A stretch of 64,000 nucleotides of DNA. Source: an uncultured Pelagibacteraceae bacterium (GTDB lineage Bacteria > Pseudomonadota > Alphaproteobacteria > Pelagibacterales > AG-422-B15). The stretch spans positions 26,065 to 90,064 of the forward strand of contig CACHYW010000001.1 in the NCBI GenBank assembly GCA_902584215.1, given 5' to 3'. The position numbers and the translations under genes are program-made. Of the stretch, positions 28,835-39,362 are shown in pieces; position 1 is the first letter of the stretch; each line of letters begins with the position of its first letter. The notes beneath the pieces are model-generated. The model saw only the letters and a program-made list of their open reading frames with translations, made no database searches and was not told where the DNA came from.

Positions 28835-29756
28835 TTGGTTTTTTATCTCTTAAATTATTTACCACAAATAAACATGTAATTTTGTTACTGTTCATTTTTT
28901 GCAGTGTATTAGTTACTAATTCGTCTTTATTACTAAGTATTGGTTTCGATGACATAATTTCTCTAACACTTAAATCTAAGAGTTCTTTTTTTATTTGCCT
29001 TCTTAAATCCCCATCAGTTATTATACCAATTAGTCTATTATTTTTATTTCTTACTGCAACATGACCAAATGATTTTCTTGTCATTTCAACAATAACAGAT
29101 TTCATAGATGCATCTTCTGACACAATTGGGATTCTTTTTCCAGTGTGCATTATATCCTTTACTTGAAGCATATTTATGCCCAAGGCACCTCCAGGGTGAA
29201 TCTTCTTATAGTCTGTAAGTTTGAAATTCTTTACTTTCATTAAAGATACACATATTGCATCTCCTAAAATCAATGATAAAGTAGTCGATGTTGTTGGCGC
29301 TAACCCAATTGAACAAGCTTCTTTTGCGTCTGGAATCAATAGAGGAATATTGCACAATTTGAAAAGACTACTTTTTGCATTTGACGTAATTCCTATTACA
29401 AGAACTTTATTTTTTTTTGCAAATTCCAATAAAGATCGAAATTCTTCACTTTTACCAGAATTAGATATTATTATTAAAGCATCGCGTTTTGTAATTATTC
29501 CTAAATCACCATGACTCATGTCTGTAGGAGAACAGTATTGGGATGGGGTACCAGTTGAACTCATTGTGCTTGAAATCTTGCTTGCAATATGACCCGATTT
29601 TCCAACACCTGTTATTATTACTTTACCTTTAATTTTTGATAGCTTCTTTACAGCTTTTACAAAATCCGTATTTATTGATTTAAAAAGTTTATTCGCACCA
29701 GATATCTCGGTTTCTACTACTGATTTACCATAACTTTTAATTTTATTAAAACTCAT
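28791..29756 (-). CDS. kdsD: arabinose-5-phosphate isomerase (KdsD/KpsF; SIS plus tandem CBS)
   Basis: 321 aa. SIS motif ITGVGKSGHIA and two C-terminal CBS domains. Confidence 0.85.
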   Translation of the reverse strand: MSFNKIKSYGKSVVETEISGANKLFKSINTDFVKAVKKLSKIKGKVIITGVGKSGHIASKISSTMSSTGTPSQYCSPTDMSHGDLGIITKRDALIIISNSGKSEEFRSLLEFAKKNKVLVIGITSNAKSSLFKLCNIPLLIPDAKEACSIGLAPTTSTTLSLILGDAICVSLMKVKNFKLTDYKKIHPGGALGINMLQVKDIMHTGKRIPIVSEDASMKSVIVEMTRKSFGHVAVRNKNNRLIGIITDGDLRRQIKKELLDLSVREIMSSKPILSNKDELVTNTLQKMNSNKITCLFVVNNLRDKKPIGIIHIHDCVRYVN

Positions 29757-29764
29757 GAATAATA

Positions 29765-30376
29765 CTAACTCGAATGAGAAAAAATATCATTTTCCCAACC
29801 TCTTAAATCAAGTTCAACTCTAGTAGGTAAAAATTTAATGCAAGACTCAACTAGTTGCTCTCTATTTTGTCTTTTGAGAATTTCGTCTAGTTTTGTTTTT
29901 ATTGCATGCAAGTGTATTACGTCTGTTGCAGCATAATTAATTTGTTCTTTAGTTAATTCAGGATTAGACCAGTCACTTGATTGTTGTTTCTTCGAAATAT
30001 CTATACTTAGGAGTTCCTTACACAAATCTTTATATCCGTGGCCTTGTGAATATGTTCTAGCAATTTTCGAACTTATTTTTGTGCAATAAACATTTTTAAT
30101 CATGATGTCTAAATCATGCTTTATAGCTGCTAGGTCATGTCGAGCATAATGAAATATGAACATCTTATTGCTGTTGAGTAATTCTTTAAGATTTGGAGCA
30201 TCAAATTTTTTATCAACAAATTGAATTAAATGACAATCACCTTGACCATCATACAATTGAATAAGACACAAAGGATCCCTTTCAGGTTGTAAGCCCATCA
30301 TTTCACAATCGGCAGCAATTAGATTTGAAAATTTAATATCATCCGCCAAATCGTTTTTATGTAAAATTGTTTGCAT
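29765..30376 (-). CDS. rnd: short-form ribonuclease D / DEDDy 3'-5' exonuclease
   Basis: 203 aa. Exo motifs IAADCEM (DxE), FHYARHDL, and YAATDVIHL. Confidence 0.7.
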   Translation of the reverse strand: MQTILHKNDLADDIKFSNLIAADCEMMGLQPERDPLCLIQLYDGQGDCHLIQFVDKKFDAPNLKELLNSNKMFIFHYARHDLAAIKHDLDIMIKNVYCTKISSKIARTYSQGHGYKDLCKELLSIDISKKQQSSDWSNPELTKEQINYAATDVIHLHAIKTKLDEILKRQNREQLVESCIKFLPTRVELDLRGWENDIFSHSS

Positions 30377-30428
30377 TGTATGAAAATTAACTTATTTCAA
30401 AGAAGTACATAAGGTATATTTATCAAAT

Positions 30429-31334
30429 ATGAAGCAAAAAAGAATTACAATACTTGGGGGTTCTGGTTTTTTAGCGAAATACTGCATTTCAGAATTGATC
30501 AAGCGAGGGCATAAATTGAAAATTATTTGTAGAAATACCCACCTGGCTGGTCATCTTAGAATGATGGGTCCAGTAGATCAGTTAGATTTAATAAAGGGAA
30601 ATATTTATTTAAAGTCAACAATTGAGCCTCATATAATCGGATCTGATATAGTTATTAATTTTGTAGGAATACTTAATGAAACTTCTGGAGATCAGACTTT
30701 TAACAATTGTCATTCAATTGGCCCAAAAAATATTGCAGAAATATGCTCCGAATACAAAATTGAACGTTTTATTCACTTTTCATCCATAGGTGCTGATGTC
30801 AATAGTGATGCAAAATATCAAGTTTCTAAAGGATTAGGTGAAAAAAATATTTTAAATAATTTTTCACAATCAACAATAATAAGACCATCAATTGTTTTTG
30901 GGCCTGGCGATGGTTTTTTTACTTTGCAATCAAAATTGGTAAAGCTTCTTCCAGTTGTCCCTCTCTTTAGCAATAACAAGTTTCAATGCGTCTATGTGAA
31001 GGATATTGCTGAGGGGTTAATTAAAATTTTAGAAGATAAGGAGACAGCCGGAAAGATTTATGAATTTGGGGGACCCGAAGTCATGACACTTAAAGAAATT
31101 TATCGATTAATTCTAAACACATTAAAAATAAAAAGAATTATTCTGCCTCTGCCTCTATCTTTTGCAAACGTTACTGCATTATTAATGAAGTTATCACCGT
31201 CTCCTATGATTACATTTGATCAAGTCAAAATGTTAAAGAAAGATAACATAGTATCAGATACTCCATACAATCTTAGTTCGTTAGGGATAACTGCAAAATC
31301 ATCAAGAGATATAATAGGTAATTATATTTCTTAA
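30429..31334 (+). CDS. NAD(P)H-binding, complex I NDUFA9-like SDR protein
   Basis: 301 aa. N-terminal Rossmann motif ILGGSGFLA and an atypical-SDR architecture. Confidence 0.7.
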   Translation: MKQKRITILGGSGFLAKYCISELIKRGHKLKIICRNTHLAGHLRMMGPVDQLDLIKGNIYLKSTIEPHIIGSDIVINFVGILNETSGDQTFNNCHSIGPKNIAEICSEYKIERFIHFSSIGADVNSDAKYQVSKGLGEKNILNNFSQSTIIRPSIVFGPGDGFFTLQSKLVKLLPVVPLFSNNKFQCVYVKDIAEGLIKILEDKETAGKIYEFGGPEVMTLKEIYRLILNTLKIKRIILPLPLSFANVTALLMKLSPSPMITFDQVKMLKKDNIVSDTPYNLSSLGITAKSSRDIIGNYIS

Positions 31335-31337
31335 TTT

Positions 31338-32132
31338 CTAAAGATAAATTAAGATAAGTGTTCCAATAACAATTCGATAAATTACAAATGGTTTCATAGT
31401 ATTTTTCTTCAACCATTTAAGTAAGTAGTCAATTGAAATATAAGCCACAAAAAATGAGATCAGAAATCCAAAAAAGCTAGAAGAAATATTAGCACTTGTT
31501 GGTGACTCTATGAGTTTAAGAATGGGTATTGCAGAAGAAATTAAAATAACTGGAATTGACAGTAAAATAGAAAGCTTTGCTGCTTCAATTCTATTTAATC
31601 CAATTATTCTTGAACCCGAATACACAACTCCCGCTCTACTTGCCCCAGGTATAATTGCTAGTATTTGAAAAAGACCAATGATGAGAGCACTTTTTATTGA
31701 TAATCTCTCAATCCCTTTAGTGTTGGCATTAGTGTAACTATCAGAATAATAGAGAAGAAGTCCAAAAATTATTGTTGCTAGTCCAACAATTTTTATATTC
31801 CTTAAAATGTCAGCATAACCTGTAAGAAAAAGTAAGCCTCCAACAATCACAACAGGCAGTGTTCCAAAAATGAGACAAAAAGCTAAATTTTTCTCATCCT
31901 TACTTAATTCGATACTGAAGGGTAAAAGCAGAAAAACTAATACTTTAATATCATTTCTAAAATAGATAATGACAGCCAAAAGAGATCCCAAATGCAGGCT
32001 TACATCCATCATCAGACTTTCGGGAATATTCAATATTTCAGCGGCAATTAATAAATGTCCGGAACTTGAAATAGGCAAAAACTCTGTAATACCCTGGATA
32101 ATTCCTAATAGTAGTATTGGTAAAAAAGCCAT
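31338..32132 (-). CDS. uppP: undecaprenyl-diphosphate phosphatase
   Basis: 264 aa polytopic membrane protein. BacA motifs GITEFLPISSSGHL and PGASRAG. Confidence 0.9.
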   Translation of the reverse strand: MAFLPILLLGIIQGITEFLPISSSGHLLIAAEILNIPESLMMDVSLHLGSLLAVIIYFRNDIKVLVFLLLPFSIELSKDEKNLAFCLIFGTLPVVIVGGLLFLTGYADILRNIKIVGLATIIFGLLLYYSDSYTNANTKGIERLSIKSALIIGLFQILAIIPGASRAGVVYSGSRIIGLNRIEAAKLSILLSIPVILISSAIPILKLIESPTSANISSSFFGFLISFFVAYISIDYLLKWLKKNTMKPFVIYRIVIGTLILIYL

Positions 32133-32186
32133 AAGAATTAAAAAAATACTGTTTTACGCCATTTAGGCAAGAAAAACTTAAACTGT

Positions 32187-32279
32187 GTCATACTATATGA
32201 CTATTATTATATATTTTAAATGTTATAAAAAGTTTACCTGAATGAGAGGAATCCAAATATGTCATGTATTGTGACATAT
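32187..32279. promoter_or_regulatory. two perfect palindromes upstream of gltD (candidate operators)
   Basis: GTCATA-cta-TATGAC (32187-32201) and ATATGTCA-tgtattg-TGACATAT (32257-32279). The second ends 10 nt before the gltD ATG. Both contain GTCAT/ATGAC. Confidence 0.3.
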
Positions 32280-32289
32280 AAAAAACGTT

Positions 32290-33729
32290 ATGCTTAAATT
32301 TACTAATTTAAATCAAGAATACCCTGAAAAAAGATCCTCAGAAAATAGAAAAAAAGATTTTGGAGAAATCTATGAGAACTTTATAAAGAATACTGCTAAA
32401 GAACAGTCCAGTCGCTGTTCACAATGTGGCGTACCTTATTGCACCGTCCATTGTCCTTTGCATAATCATATTCCTGATTGGCTTAAGCTTGCGGCTGAGG
32501 ACCGACTTGAAGAGGCTTACCAAATATCTTCGAGCACAAATAATATGCCAGAGATATGTGGAAGAATTTGCCCGCAAGATCGATTATGTGAAGGAAACTG
32601 TGTTATTGAGCAATCAGGTCATGGCTCAGTCACTATTGGATCAGTAGAAAAATATCTAACCGACAATGCGTTCGAAAAGGGATGGATTAAACCGATCAAA
32701 GTTCCTGAGTACCTAGAAAAAGAAAATAGCATTGGTATCATTGGTGCGGGCCCCGCAGGTCTTGCCGCCGCCGAGGAACTAAGAAAAAGAGGTTATAAAA
32801 TTGATGTGTATGATCGCTATGACCGTGCAGGAGGGTTGCTGATTTATGGAATTCCGAATTTTAAACTTGAAAAAGATATTGTTCAAAGGAGAATGAAATA
32901 TCTTGAGGATTCAGATATTAAGATTCATCTGAATACTGAAATTGGAAAAGATATTCAATTTTCGGATCTTCAAAAAAAACATGATGCTGTTTTAATCGCA
33001 ACAGGAGTTTATAAAGCTAGAGAAATTTCTTTGGAAGGAGATACATCCGAAGTAGTTCCTGCTTTGGATTTTCTAACTGCATCAAACCGAAAAGGCTTGG
33101 GAGATAGCGTAGAGGCTTTTGATAATGGATTCCTAAACGCCAAAGGTAAGAATGTGGTTGTAATTGGTGGAGGGGATACAGCTATGGATTGCGTAAGAAC
33201 GGCTATTAGACAGGAGGCAAAATCAGTTAAGTGTCTTTATCGAAGAGATAAAGAGAATATGCCTGGCTCGGCCAGAGAAGTTAACAATGCGGAGGAAGAA
33301 GGAGTAGAATTTTTATGGCAATCTCTCCCAAAAAAAATTGAAAGCAATAATAATGGTAGCCTCTTAAATTGTATAAAAATGAAGTTAAGTGAACCAGACT
33401 CCGATGGCAGAAGAATACCTCAGGAGATAGCAGGTTCTGATTTTGAATTAGAGACCGATTTAGTAATCGCTGCTCTGGGTTTTTCTCCTGAAAATTTGCC
33501 AAAAATGTTTGAAGTCGAAGAACTTCCAGTCACTAAATGGGGTACGGTTCGTGTAGGATTTAATACCATGATGACCAGTCTTGAGGGTGTATTTGCTGCA
33601 GGAGATATCGTCAGAGGAGCTTCCCTGGTAGTTTGGGGAATCAGAGATGGGCGAGATGTAGCAAATACTATTCATGAATATATTGAAGAAAAAAATAATG
33701 CAAAAAATCTAAATTCTAAAGCATCATGA
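32290..33729 (+). CDS. gltD: glutamate synthase small (beta) subunit
   Basis: 479 aa. N-terminal Cys clusters (CSQCGVPYC..C; CGRICP..C..C) and the dinucleotide motif GAGPAGLAAA. Confidence 0.9.
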   Translation: MLKFTNLNQEYPEKRSSENRKKDFGEIYENFIKNTAKEQSSRCSQCGVPYCTVHCPLHNHIPDWLKLAAEDRLEEAYQISSSTNNMPEICGRICPQDRLCEGNCVIEQSGHGSVTIGSVEKYLTDNAFEKGWIKPIKVPEYLEKENSIGIIGAGPAGLAAAEELRKRGYKIDVYDRYDRAGGLLIYGIPNFKLEKDIVQRRMKYLEDSDIKIHLNTEIGKDIQFSDLQKKHDAVLIATGVYKAREISLEGDTSEVVPALDFLTASNRKGLGDSVEAFDNGFLNAKGKNVVVIGGGDTAMDCVRTAIRQEAKSVKCLYRRDKENMPGSAREVNNAEEEGVEFLWQSLPKKIESNNNGSLLNCIKMKLSEPDSDGRRIPQEIAGSDFELETDLVIAALGFSPENLPKMFEVEELPVTKWGTVRVGFNTMMTSLEGVFAAGDIVRGASLVVWGIRDGRDVANTIHEYIEEKNNAKNLNSKAS

Positions 33730-36700
33730 CAAACGAATTAAAAAGATATTTAAAAAATAAAAAAAATTTAGAGGATGCCTTTCTATATTATCAGGGACAT
33801 GAACACGACGCTTGTGGAGTAGGTTTTGTAGCATCTACAGATGGCAAACAAAGACGTGAAGTTGTCCAAGGGGGGATTGATGCCCTCAAGGCTGTATGGC
33901 ATCGAGGTGCTGTTGATGCTGACGGAAAGACTGGCGATGGAGCAGGTATACTTACTCAGATACCTTATAATTTTTTTGACGATGAGATAGCTAAGACAGG
34001 CCATGAAAAAAGAGATGAACCTCTTGGGATTGGCATGATGTTTCTTCCAAGAAATGATTATGCGGCTCTCGAAAAGTGTAGAACTATCATTGAGTCAGAA
34101 TTATTAGATCATGGTTACTATATTTATGGCTGGAGGCAAGTTCCTATAAATAATAGTGTAATTGGGGAAAAAGCAAACTCTACTCGCCCTGAGATTGAAC
34201 AGGTCATGTTTGTAAATAATATAGAAAGAGATAAAGACTTTGATTTTGCGAAAGAGTTATATCTTGTGAGAAGAAGACTTGAAAAAAGAATAGCTAAACA
34301 GCAAATTAATGGTTTCTATGTCTGCTCATTGAGTTTCGAGTCAATTATTTACAAAGGACTTTTCTTAGCCGAACAACTATCAATTTTCTATCCTGACTTG
34401 GCGGATGAAGAATTTATTTCATCCTTTGCTGTATTTCATCAGCGGTACTCGACAAATACTTTTCCATCTTGGGGCTTAGCACAACCTTTTAGAATGTTAG
34501 CTCATAACGGTGAAATTAACACAATATCAGGAAATACTAACTGGATGAGGAATCACCAAACACGAATTACCACTGAAATTTTTGGAGATGACAGTGAGCA
34601 AGTTAAGCCAATTATTGAAAAAAATGTTTCAGACTCTTCAGCACTAGACGCAGCTTTTGAGTTGTATGTAAGAGCAGGAAGGTCAGTCCCTCTTGTAAAA
34701 ACCCTTTTAATACCTGAAGCCTGGTCAAAAAGAAGCGAACTTATGCCGATTGAGCATAGAAATATGTATGAATTTTCAAACGCCATTGTTGAACCTTGGG
34801 ATGGTCCTGCAGCAATAGCAGCAGTTGATGGAGATTGGATCGTTGGAGGCATGGACAGAAATGGACTACGGCCTATGAGATTTTCAATTTCAAGAGATAA
34901 TCTTATCTATGTAGGATCCGAAACAGGAATGGTGACAGTAGATGAATCTAAAATCATTGAAAAAGGTAAATTAGGACCTGGTGAAATTATCGGCATTAAT
35001 CTTAAAGAAGGTAAAATATTTAGAGATCATGAAATGAAGGATCGTTTGGCATCTGAAGCACCATATGAAGAGTATGTCAAAAAAATAATACGATTAGATA
35101 AGCGAGTTAAAATTTCAAAAGAAATAACCGTTACAGATCAAGCTAAATTAAGAAAGAAAATGATTGCTGCAGGGTATACGATGGAAGAACTCGAACTCAT
35201 CCTTCACCCAATGGTTTCGGATGCGAAAGAGTCTACTGGCAGCATGGGCGATGATACACCAATAGCGGTATTGTCGGATAAGTACAGACCGTTGTCACAC
35301 TTTTTTAGACAAAAATTTAGCCAGGTAACAAATCCTCCCATCGACAGCCTAAGAGAGCAAAGTAGAATGAGTTTGAAAACGAGATTTGGAAATCTCCAAG
35401 ACATTCTGAGTCCAAATCCGTATGAAGAGAATGTTTTTGTAATAGATAGTCCTTTTATTACTAATGGTTTTTTTAAAAAAATTTCATCACGTGGTCAACA
35501 GACAACAACAAATATTGATTGCACTGTAGAAAAAAAGTCATTTGATTTAAAAAAAGAAATTAAGCGTATTCAATTAGAGGCTGAAACTGCAGTGCTAAGT
35601 GGAAAGTCTCACATAATCTTATCAGATATTAATGCTGATGAAGAAAAAATTGCTTTACCATTAATTCTCATTACTGCTGCAGTTCATACAGATCTTACTC
35701 GAAAAGGAATAAGATCATTTGTTTCGTTACATGTCAGATCTTCAGAATGTATTGATACTCATTACTTCGCTGTATTAATTGGCGTTGGGGCAACAACTGT
35801 AAATCCTTATTTGGCGCAAGACTGCATCTATGAGAGGTACCAGAAAGGGTTATTTGGCGACATGTCCTACGAAGAATGTGTTGATCGATATAAAAAAGCT
35901 ATCGATCAAGGACTTCTAAAAGTAATGTCTAAGTTGGGTATATCTGTCATTAGTGCGTATCGAGGGGGTTTTAATTTTGAAGCAGTAGGTCTTAGTCGTT
36001 CTACAGTAAACGAATATTTCCTTGGAGTGCAAAGCCGAATGTCAGGAATAGGTCTTACTGGAATTCAAAAAAAACTTACTGAATTACATGATTACGCTTA
36101 TTCAGACACTGTTCAAACACTTCCTATAGGGGGGATATACCGATATCGAAGTGGAGGAGAAACACACGCTTATGAAGGCAAATTAATACACCTTCTTCAA
36201 ACGGCAGTAGCTGAGGATTCTTATGATATGTATAAAAAGTATTCTAGCTCCATGGGGAATTTTGCGCCAATCAACATAAGAGATCTTCTTGAATTTAAGG
36301 AAGCAGAGAATGATTTAGATCTTTCTGAAGTTGAATCTATTACATCAATTAGAAAAAGGTTTGGAACAGGAAGTATGTCCCATGGCGCTTTATCAAAAGA
36401 AGCTCATGAAACACTTGCAATTGCAATGAATAGAATTGGAGGAGCGTCTTGCTCGGGTGAAGGTGGTGAGTCGATTGAACGATCATACCCACTTGAGAAC
36501 GGAGATAGTGCAAATTCAAAAGTTAAACAAGTAGCCTCTGCAAGATTTGGGGTGACTACAGAATATCTTAACAATTGTGAAGAAATTGAAATTAAGATTG
36601 CACAAGGGGCAAAACCTGGAGAGGGAGGCCAATTACCAGGTTTTAAAGTCACAGCGGAAATTGCTAAACTAAGACATTCAACTCAAGGAGTAACATTAAT

Positions 36701-38246
36701 TAGTCCTCCTCCACACCACGATATCTACTCAATCGAAGACCTTGCGCAGCTTATTTATGACTTGAAACAAGTAAACTCAAATGCAAGGGTATGTGTAAAA
36801 TTAGTTGCTTCTTCTGGAATAGGAACAATTGCTGCGGGAGTTGCTAAGGCAAAAGCTGATGTAATTCTAATTTCTGGTCACAATGGGGGCACTGGAGCAA
36901 GCCCACAAACAAGTATTAAATATGCAGGCATCCCGTGGGAAATGGGTCTGACGGAAGTAAATCAAGTACTAACATTAAATGGTTTGCGTCAGAATGTAGT
37001 ACTACGAACGGATGGTGGAATTAAGACCGGTCGAGATGTAGTAATCGCTGCGATGATGGGAGCAGAAGAGTTTGGAGTTGGCACAACATCTTTAGTGGCT
37101 ATGGGATGTATTATGGTCAGGCAATGTCATTCAAACACATGTCCTGTAGGTGTTTGTACGCAAGATGATGATTTGAGAGCAAGATTTTCAGGCACCCCAG
37201 AAAAAGTGGTTAATCTTTTTAGTTTTATAGCAGAAGAGGTTAGGGAAATTTTAGCGGACCTGGGCGTGAAAAGCTTAAATGATGTTATTGGAAGAACAGA
37301 TTTATTGTATCAAATATCAAGAGGATCAACTCATTTAGACGATTTAGATTTGAATTCACTTTTAATTCAAGCTGAGAAAGATCCAGATGTTGAGTACTTC
37401 AACCACTCTGTAATTAATGATGTTGGTTCTACGCTTGATGAAAAAATTATTCAAGATGCCTCTAAATTTTTACAGACTGGACAAAAAACAGAATTAAATT
37501 ATCCAATCAAAAATACTGATAGAGCGGTAGGTACTAGGCTATCATCAGCAATTTATAGAACATTTAAAAATACAGAGGTTAATAAGGAGCACTTGACAAT
37601 CAATCTCACAGGATCAGCTGGACAATCACTTGGAGCTTTTGGGATAAAAGGATTAAAAATAAACCTATTTGGCGACTCAAACGATTATGTTGGAAAAGGA
37701 TTATCAGGTGCTACAATTTCAATTAGGCCTCACAAAAATAGTTCTTTAATTAGTAATGAAAATACAATCATTGGAAACACAGTACTGTATGGTGCAACCT
37801 CTGGTGAATTATATGCGGCCGGTGAAGCGGGTGAGAGGTTTGCTGTTAGAAACTCAGGCGCAACATCTGTAGTTGAAGGATGTGGTTCAAATGGGTGTGA
37901 ATATATGACTGGTGGTACTGTTGTAATATTAGGTAAAACAGGAGACAATTTTGGAGCTGGAATGACTGGCGGCATGGCATTTATATACGATGAAGATCAA
38001 AATTTTAACTTAAGAGTAAATCCAGAGACCTTAATTTTTGATACAATTTCTTCTGATTATTGGACAAATGAGCTTTACCAAATTATTCTTAGTCATCATC
38101 AAAATACATTAAGCTTGCATGCCAAAAATATATTAGATAACTGGGAAACGGAAAAATTAAAATTTATTCATGTATGTCCGAAAGAGATAGCCAATATATT
38201 AGTTCAACCCCTGGGATTCAAAAAAAAATTAAAGCAAGCCAATTAA
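33726..38246 (+). CDS. gltB: glutamate synthase large (alpha) subunit
   Basis: 1506 aa. Ntn amidotransferase start (HDACGVGF), an FMN/3Fe-4S central region, and the C-terminal GXGXG beta-helix domain. It overlaps the gltD stop (ATGA). Confidence 0.95.
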   Translation: MTNELKRYLKNKKNLEDAFLYYQGHEHDACGVGFVASTDGKQRREVVQGGIDALKAVWHRGAVDADGKTGDGAGILTQIPYNFFDDEIAKTGHEKRDEPLGIGMMFLPRNDYAALEKCRTIIESELLDHGYYIYGWRQVPINNSVIGEKANSTRPEIEQVMFVNNIERDKDFDFAKELYLVRRRLEKRIAKQQINGFYVCSLSFESIIYKGLFLAEQLSIFYPDLADEEFISSFAVFHQRYSTNTFPSWGLAQPFRMLAHNGEINTISGNTNWMRNHQTRITTEIFGDDSEQVKPIIEKNVSDSSALDAAFELYVRAGRSVPLVKTLLIPEAWSKRSELMPIEHRNMYEFSNAIVEPWDGPAAIAAVDGDWIVGGMDRNGLRPMRFSISRDNLIYVGSETGMVTVDESKIIEKGKLGPGEIIGINLKEGKIFRDHEMKDRLASEAPYEEYVKKIIRLDKRVKISKEITVTDQAKLRKKMIAAGYTMEELELILHPMVSDAKESTGSMGDDTPIAVLSDKYRPLSHFFRQKFSQVTNPPIDSLREQSRMSLKTRFGNLQDILSPNPYEENVFVIDSPFITNGFFKKISSRGQQTTTNIDCTVEKKSFDLKKEIKRIQLEAETAVLSGKSHIILSDINADEEKIALPLILITAAVHTDLTRKGIRSFVSLHVRSSECIDTHYFAVLIGVGATTVNPYLAQDCIYERYQKGLFGDMSYEECVDRYKKAIDQGLLKVMSKLGISVISAYRGGFNFEAVGLSRSTVNEYFLGVQSRMSGIGLTGIQKKLTELHDYAYSDTVQTLPIGGIYRYRSGGETHAYEGKLIHLLQTAVAEDSYDMYKKYSSSMGNFAPINIRDLLEFKEAENDLDLSEVESITSIRKRFGTGSMSHGALSKEAHETLAIAMNRIGGASCSGEGGESIERSYPLENGDSANSKVKQVASARFGVTTEYLNNCEEIEIKIAQGAKPGEGGQLPGFKVTAEIAKLRHSTQGVTLISPPPHHDIYSIEDLAQLIYDLKQVNSNARVCVKLVASSGIGTIAAGVAKAKADVILISGHNGGTGASPQTSIKYAGIPWEMGLTEVNQVLTLNGLRQNVVLRTDGGIKTGRDVVIAAMMGAEEFGVGTTSLVAMGCIMVRQCHSNTCPVGVCTQDDDLRARFSGTPEKVVNLFSFIAEEVREILADLGVKSLNDVIGRTDLLYQISRGSTHLDDLDLNSLLIQAEKDPDVEYFNHSVINDVGSTLDEKIIQDASKFLQTGQKTELNYPIKNTDRAVGTRLSSAIYRTFKNTEVNKEHLTINLTGSAGQSLGAFGIKGLKINLFGDSNDYVGKGLSGATISIRPHKNSSLISNENTIIGNTVLYGATSGELYAAGEAGERFAVRNSGATSVVEGCGSNGCEYMTGGTVVILGKTGDNFGAGMTGGMAFIYDEDQNFNLRVNPETLIFDTISSDYWTNELYQIILSHHQNTLSLHAKNILDNWETEKLKFIHVCPKEIANILVQPLGFKKKLKQAN

Positions 38247-39358
38247 TAACAGATAATAATTATCAAAAGCTTGATCAATTAATCAAAGAAAATGGTTTTG
38301 ATACTTTTGGAGTTGTATCTGCAAGCTCAAAATTAGACTTTAAAAACCAGCTTAATGAGTTTCTAGTAAACAACCATCATGGTGATATGAAGTGGATGTA
38401 TGAAAGATCACACCTGAGATCTAATCCAAAATCACTTTGGGATAAAACAAAATCAATAATAGTACTTGGGGTAAATTATAATTTTGATTGTAATTCACTT
38501 GAGCTTTTATCAAATAAAGAAAAAGGAATCGTATCGGTATACTCAAGAAATAATGACTACCATAAAGTTATTAAAAAAAAATTGAAACATTTATCACTTC
38601 AAATTTCAGATTTGTATGACTGTGATTTTAAATATTTCATTGATACAGCACCGGTAATGGAAAAACCTATCGGTATGTTAGGAGGAATTGGTTGGCAAGG
38701 AAAGCATACAAATCTTGTTTCAAAAGAGTATGGATCATGGCTATTCCTTTCAACAATATTTGTTGATAAAGAAATTATATTTTCAGAACCTGAAGTAAAC
38801 CATTGTGGTTCCTGTTCGGATTGTGTAGACATATGTCCTACTGGTGCAATAATTGAACCTTATAAGTTAGATGCAAGAAAATGTATTTCTTATCTAACTA
38901 TAGAACATAAAGGTAAAATTGATAAAAACTTAAGACCTCTATTGGGGAATAGAATCTATGGATGCGATGACTGTTTAGCTGTATGTCCGTGGAATAAATT
39001 TGCAAAATTATCAAACGAAACTAATTTTCATCCGAAAGCAGAACTAATAGAACCTGATCTCAAATCTTTTATTAATCTTAATGATGCACAATTTAGAAAG
39101 AAATTTAGCGGATCGAGTATAAAAAGAATTGGAAGAGATCGCTTTATTAGAAATGTATTAATTGCAGTGGGTAATAGTAGAAATAAGATATTTATTGAGG
39201 ACGTAAAAGATCTTCTTCATGATAAATCAAGTTTAGTGAGGTCAATGGCTGTATGGGCTCTAAAACAAATAATTGATACTCAGGATTTTGATAATTTCAA
39301 AAAAGAGTACATATCAGTTGAAGTAGATGAAGATGTAAAAGCAGAATGGTTAGACTAG
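38174..39358 (+). CDS. queG: epoxyqueuosine reductase
   Basis: Two 4Fe-4S motifs (CGSCSDCVDICP; CDDCLAVCPWN) and ISYLTIEHKG. ATG 38174 overlaps gltB by 73 nt. Alignment to E. coli QueG from memory suggests the real N-terminus may lie near 38228-38246, where only ATT or ATA codons are available. Confidence 0.8.
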   Translation: MSERDSQYISSTPGIQKKIKASQLITDNNYQKLDQLIKENGFDTFGVVSASSKLDFKNQLNEFLVNNHHGDMKWMYERSHLRSNPKSLWDKTKSIIVLGVNYNFDCNSLELLSNKEKGIVSVYSRNNDYHKVIKKKLKHLSLQISDLYDCDFKYFIDTAPVMEKPIGMLGGIGWQGKHTNLVSKEYGSWLFLSTIFVDKEIIFSEPEVNHCGSCSDCVDICPTGAIIEPYKLDARKCISYLTIEHKGKIDKNLRPLLGNRIYGCDDCLAVCPWNKFAKLSNETNFHPKAELIEPDLKSFINLNDAQFRKKFSGSSIKRIGRDRFIRNVLIAVGNSRNKIFIEDVKDLLHDKSSLVRSMAVWALKQIIDTQDFDNFKKEYISVEVDEDVKAEWLD

Positions 39359-39362
39359 TATC

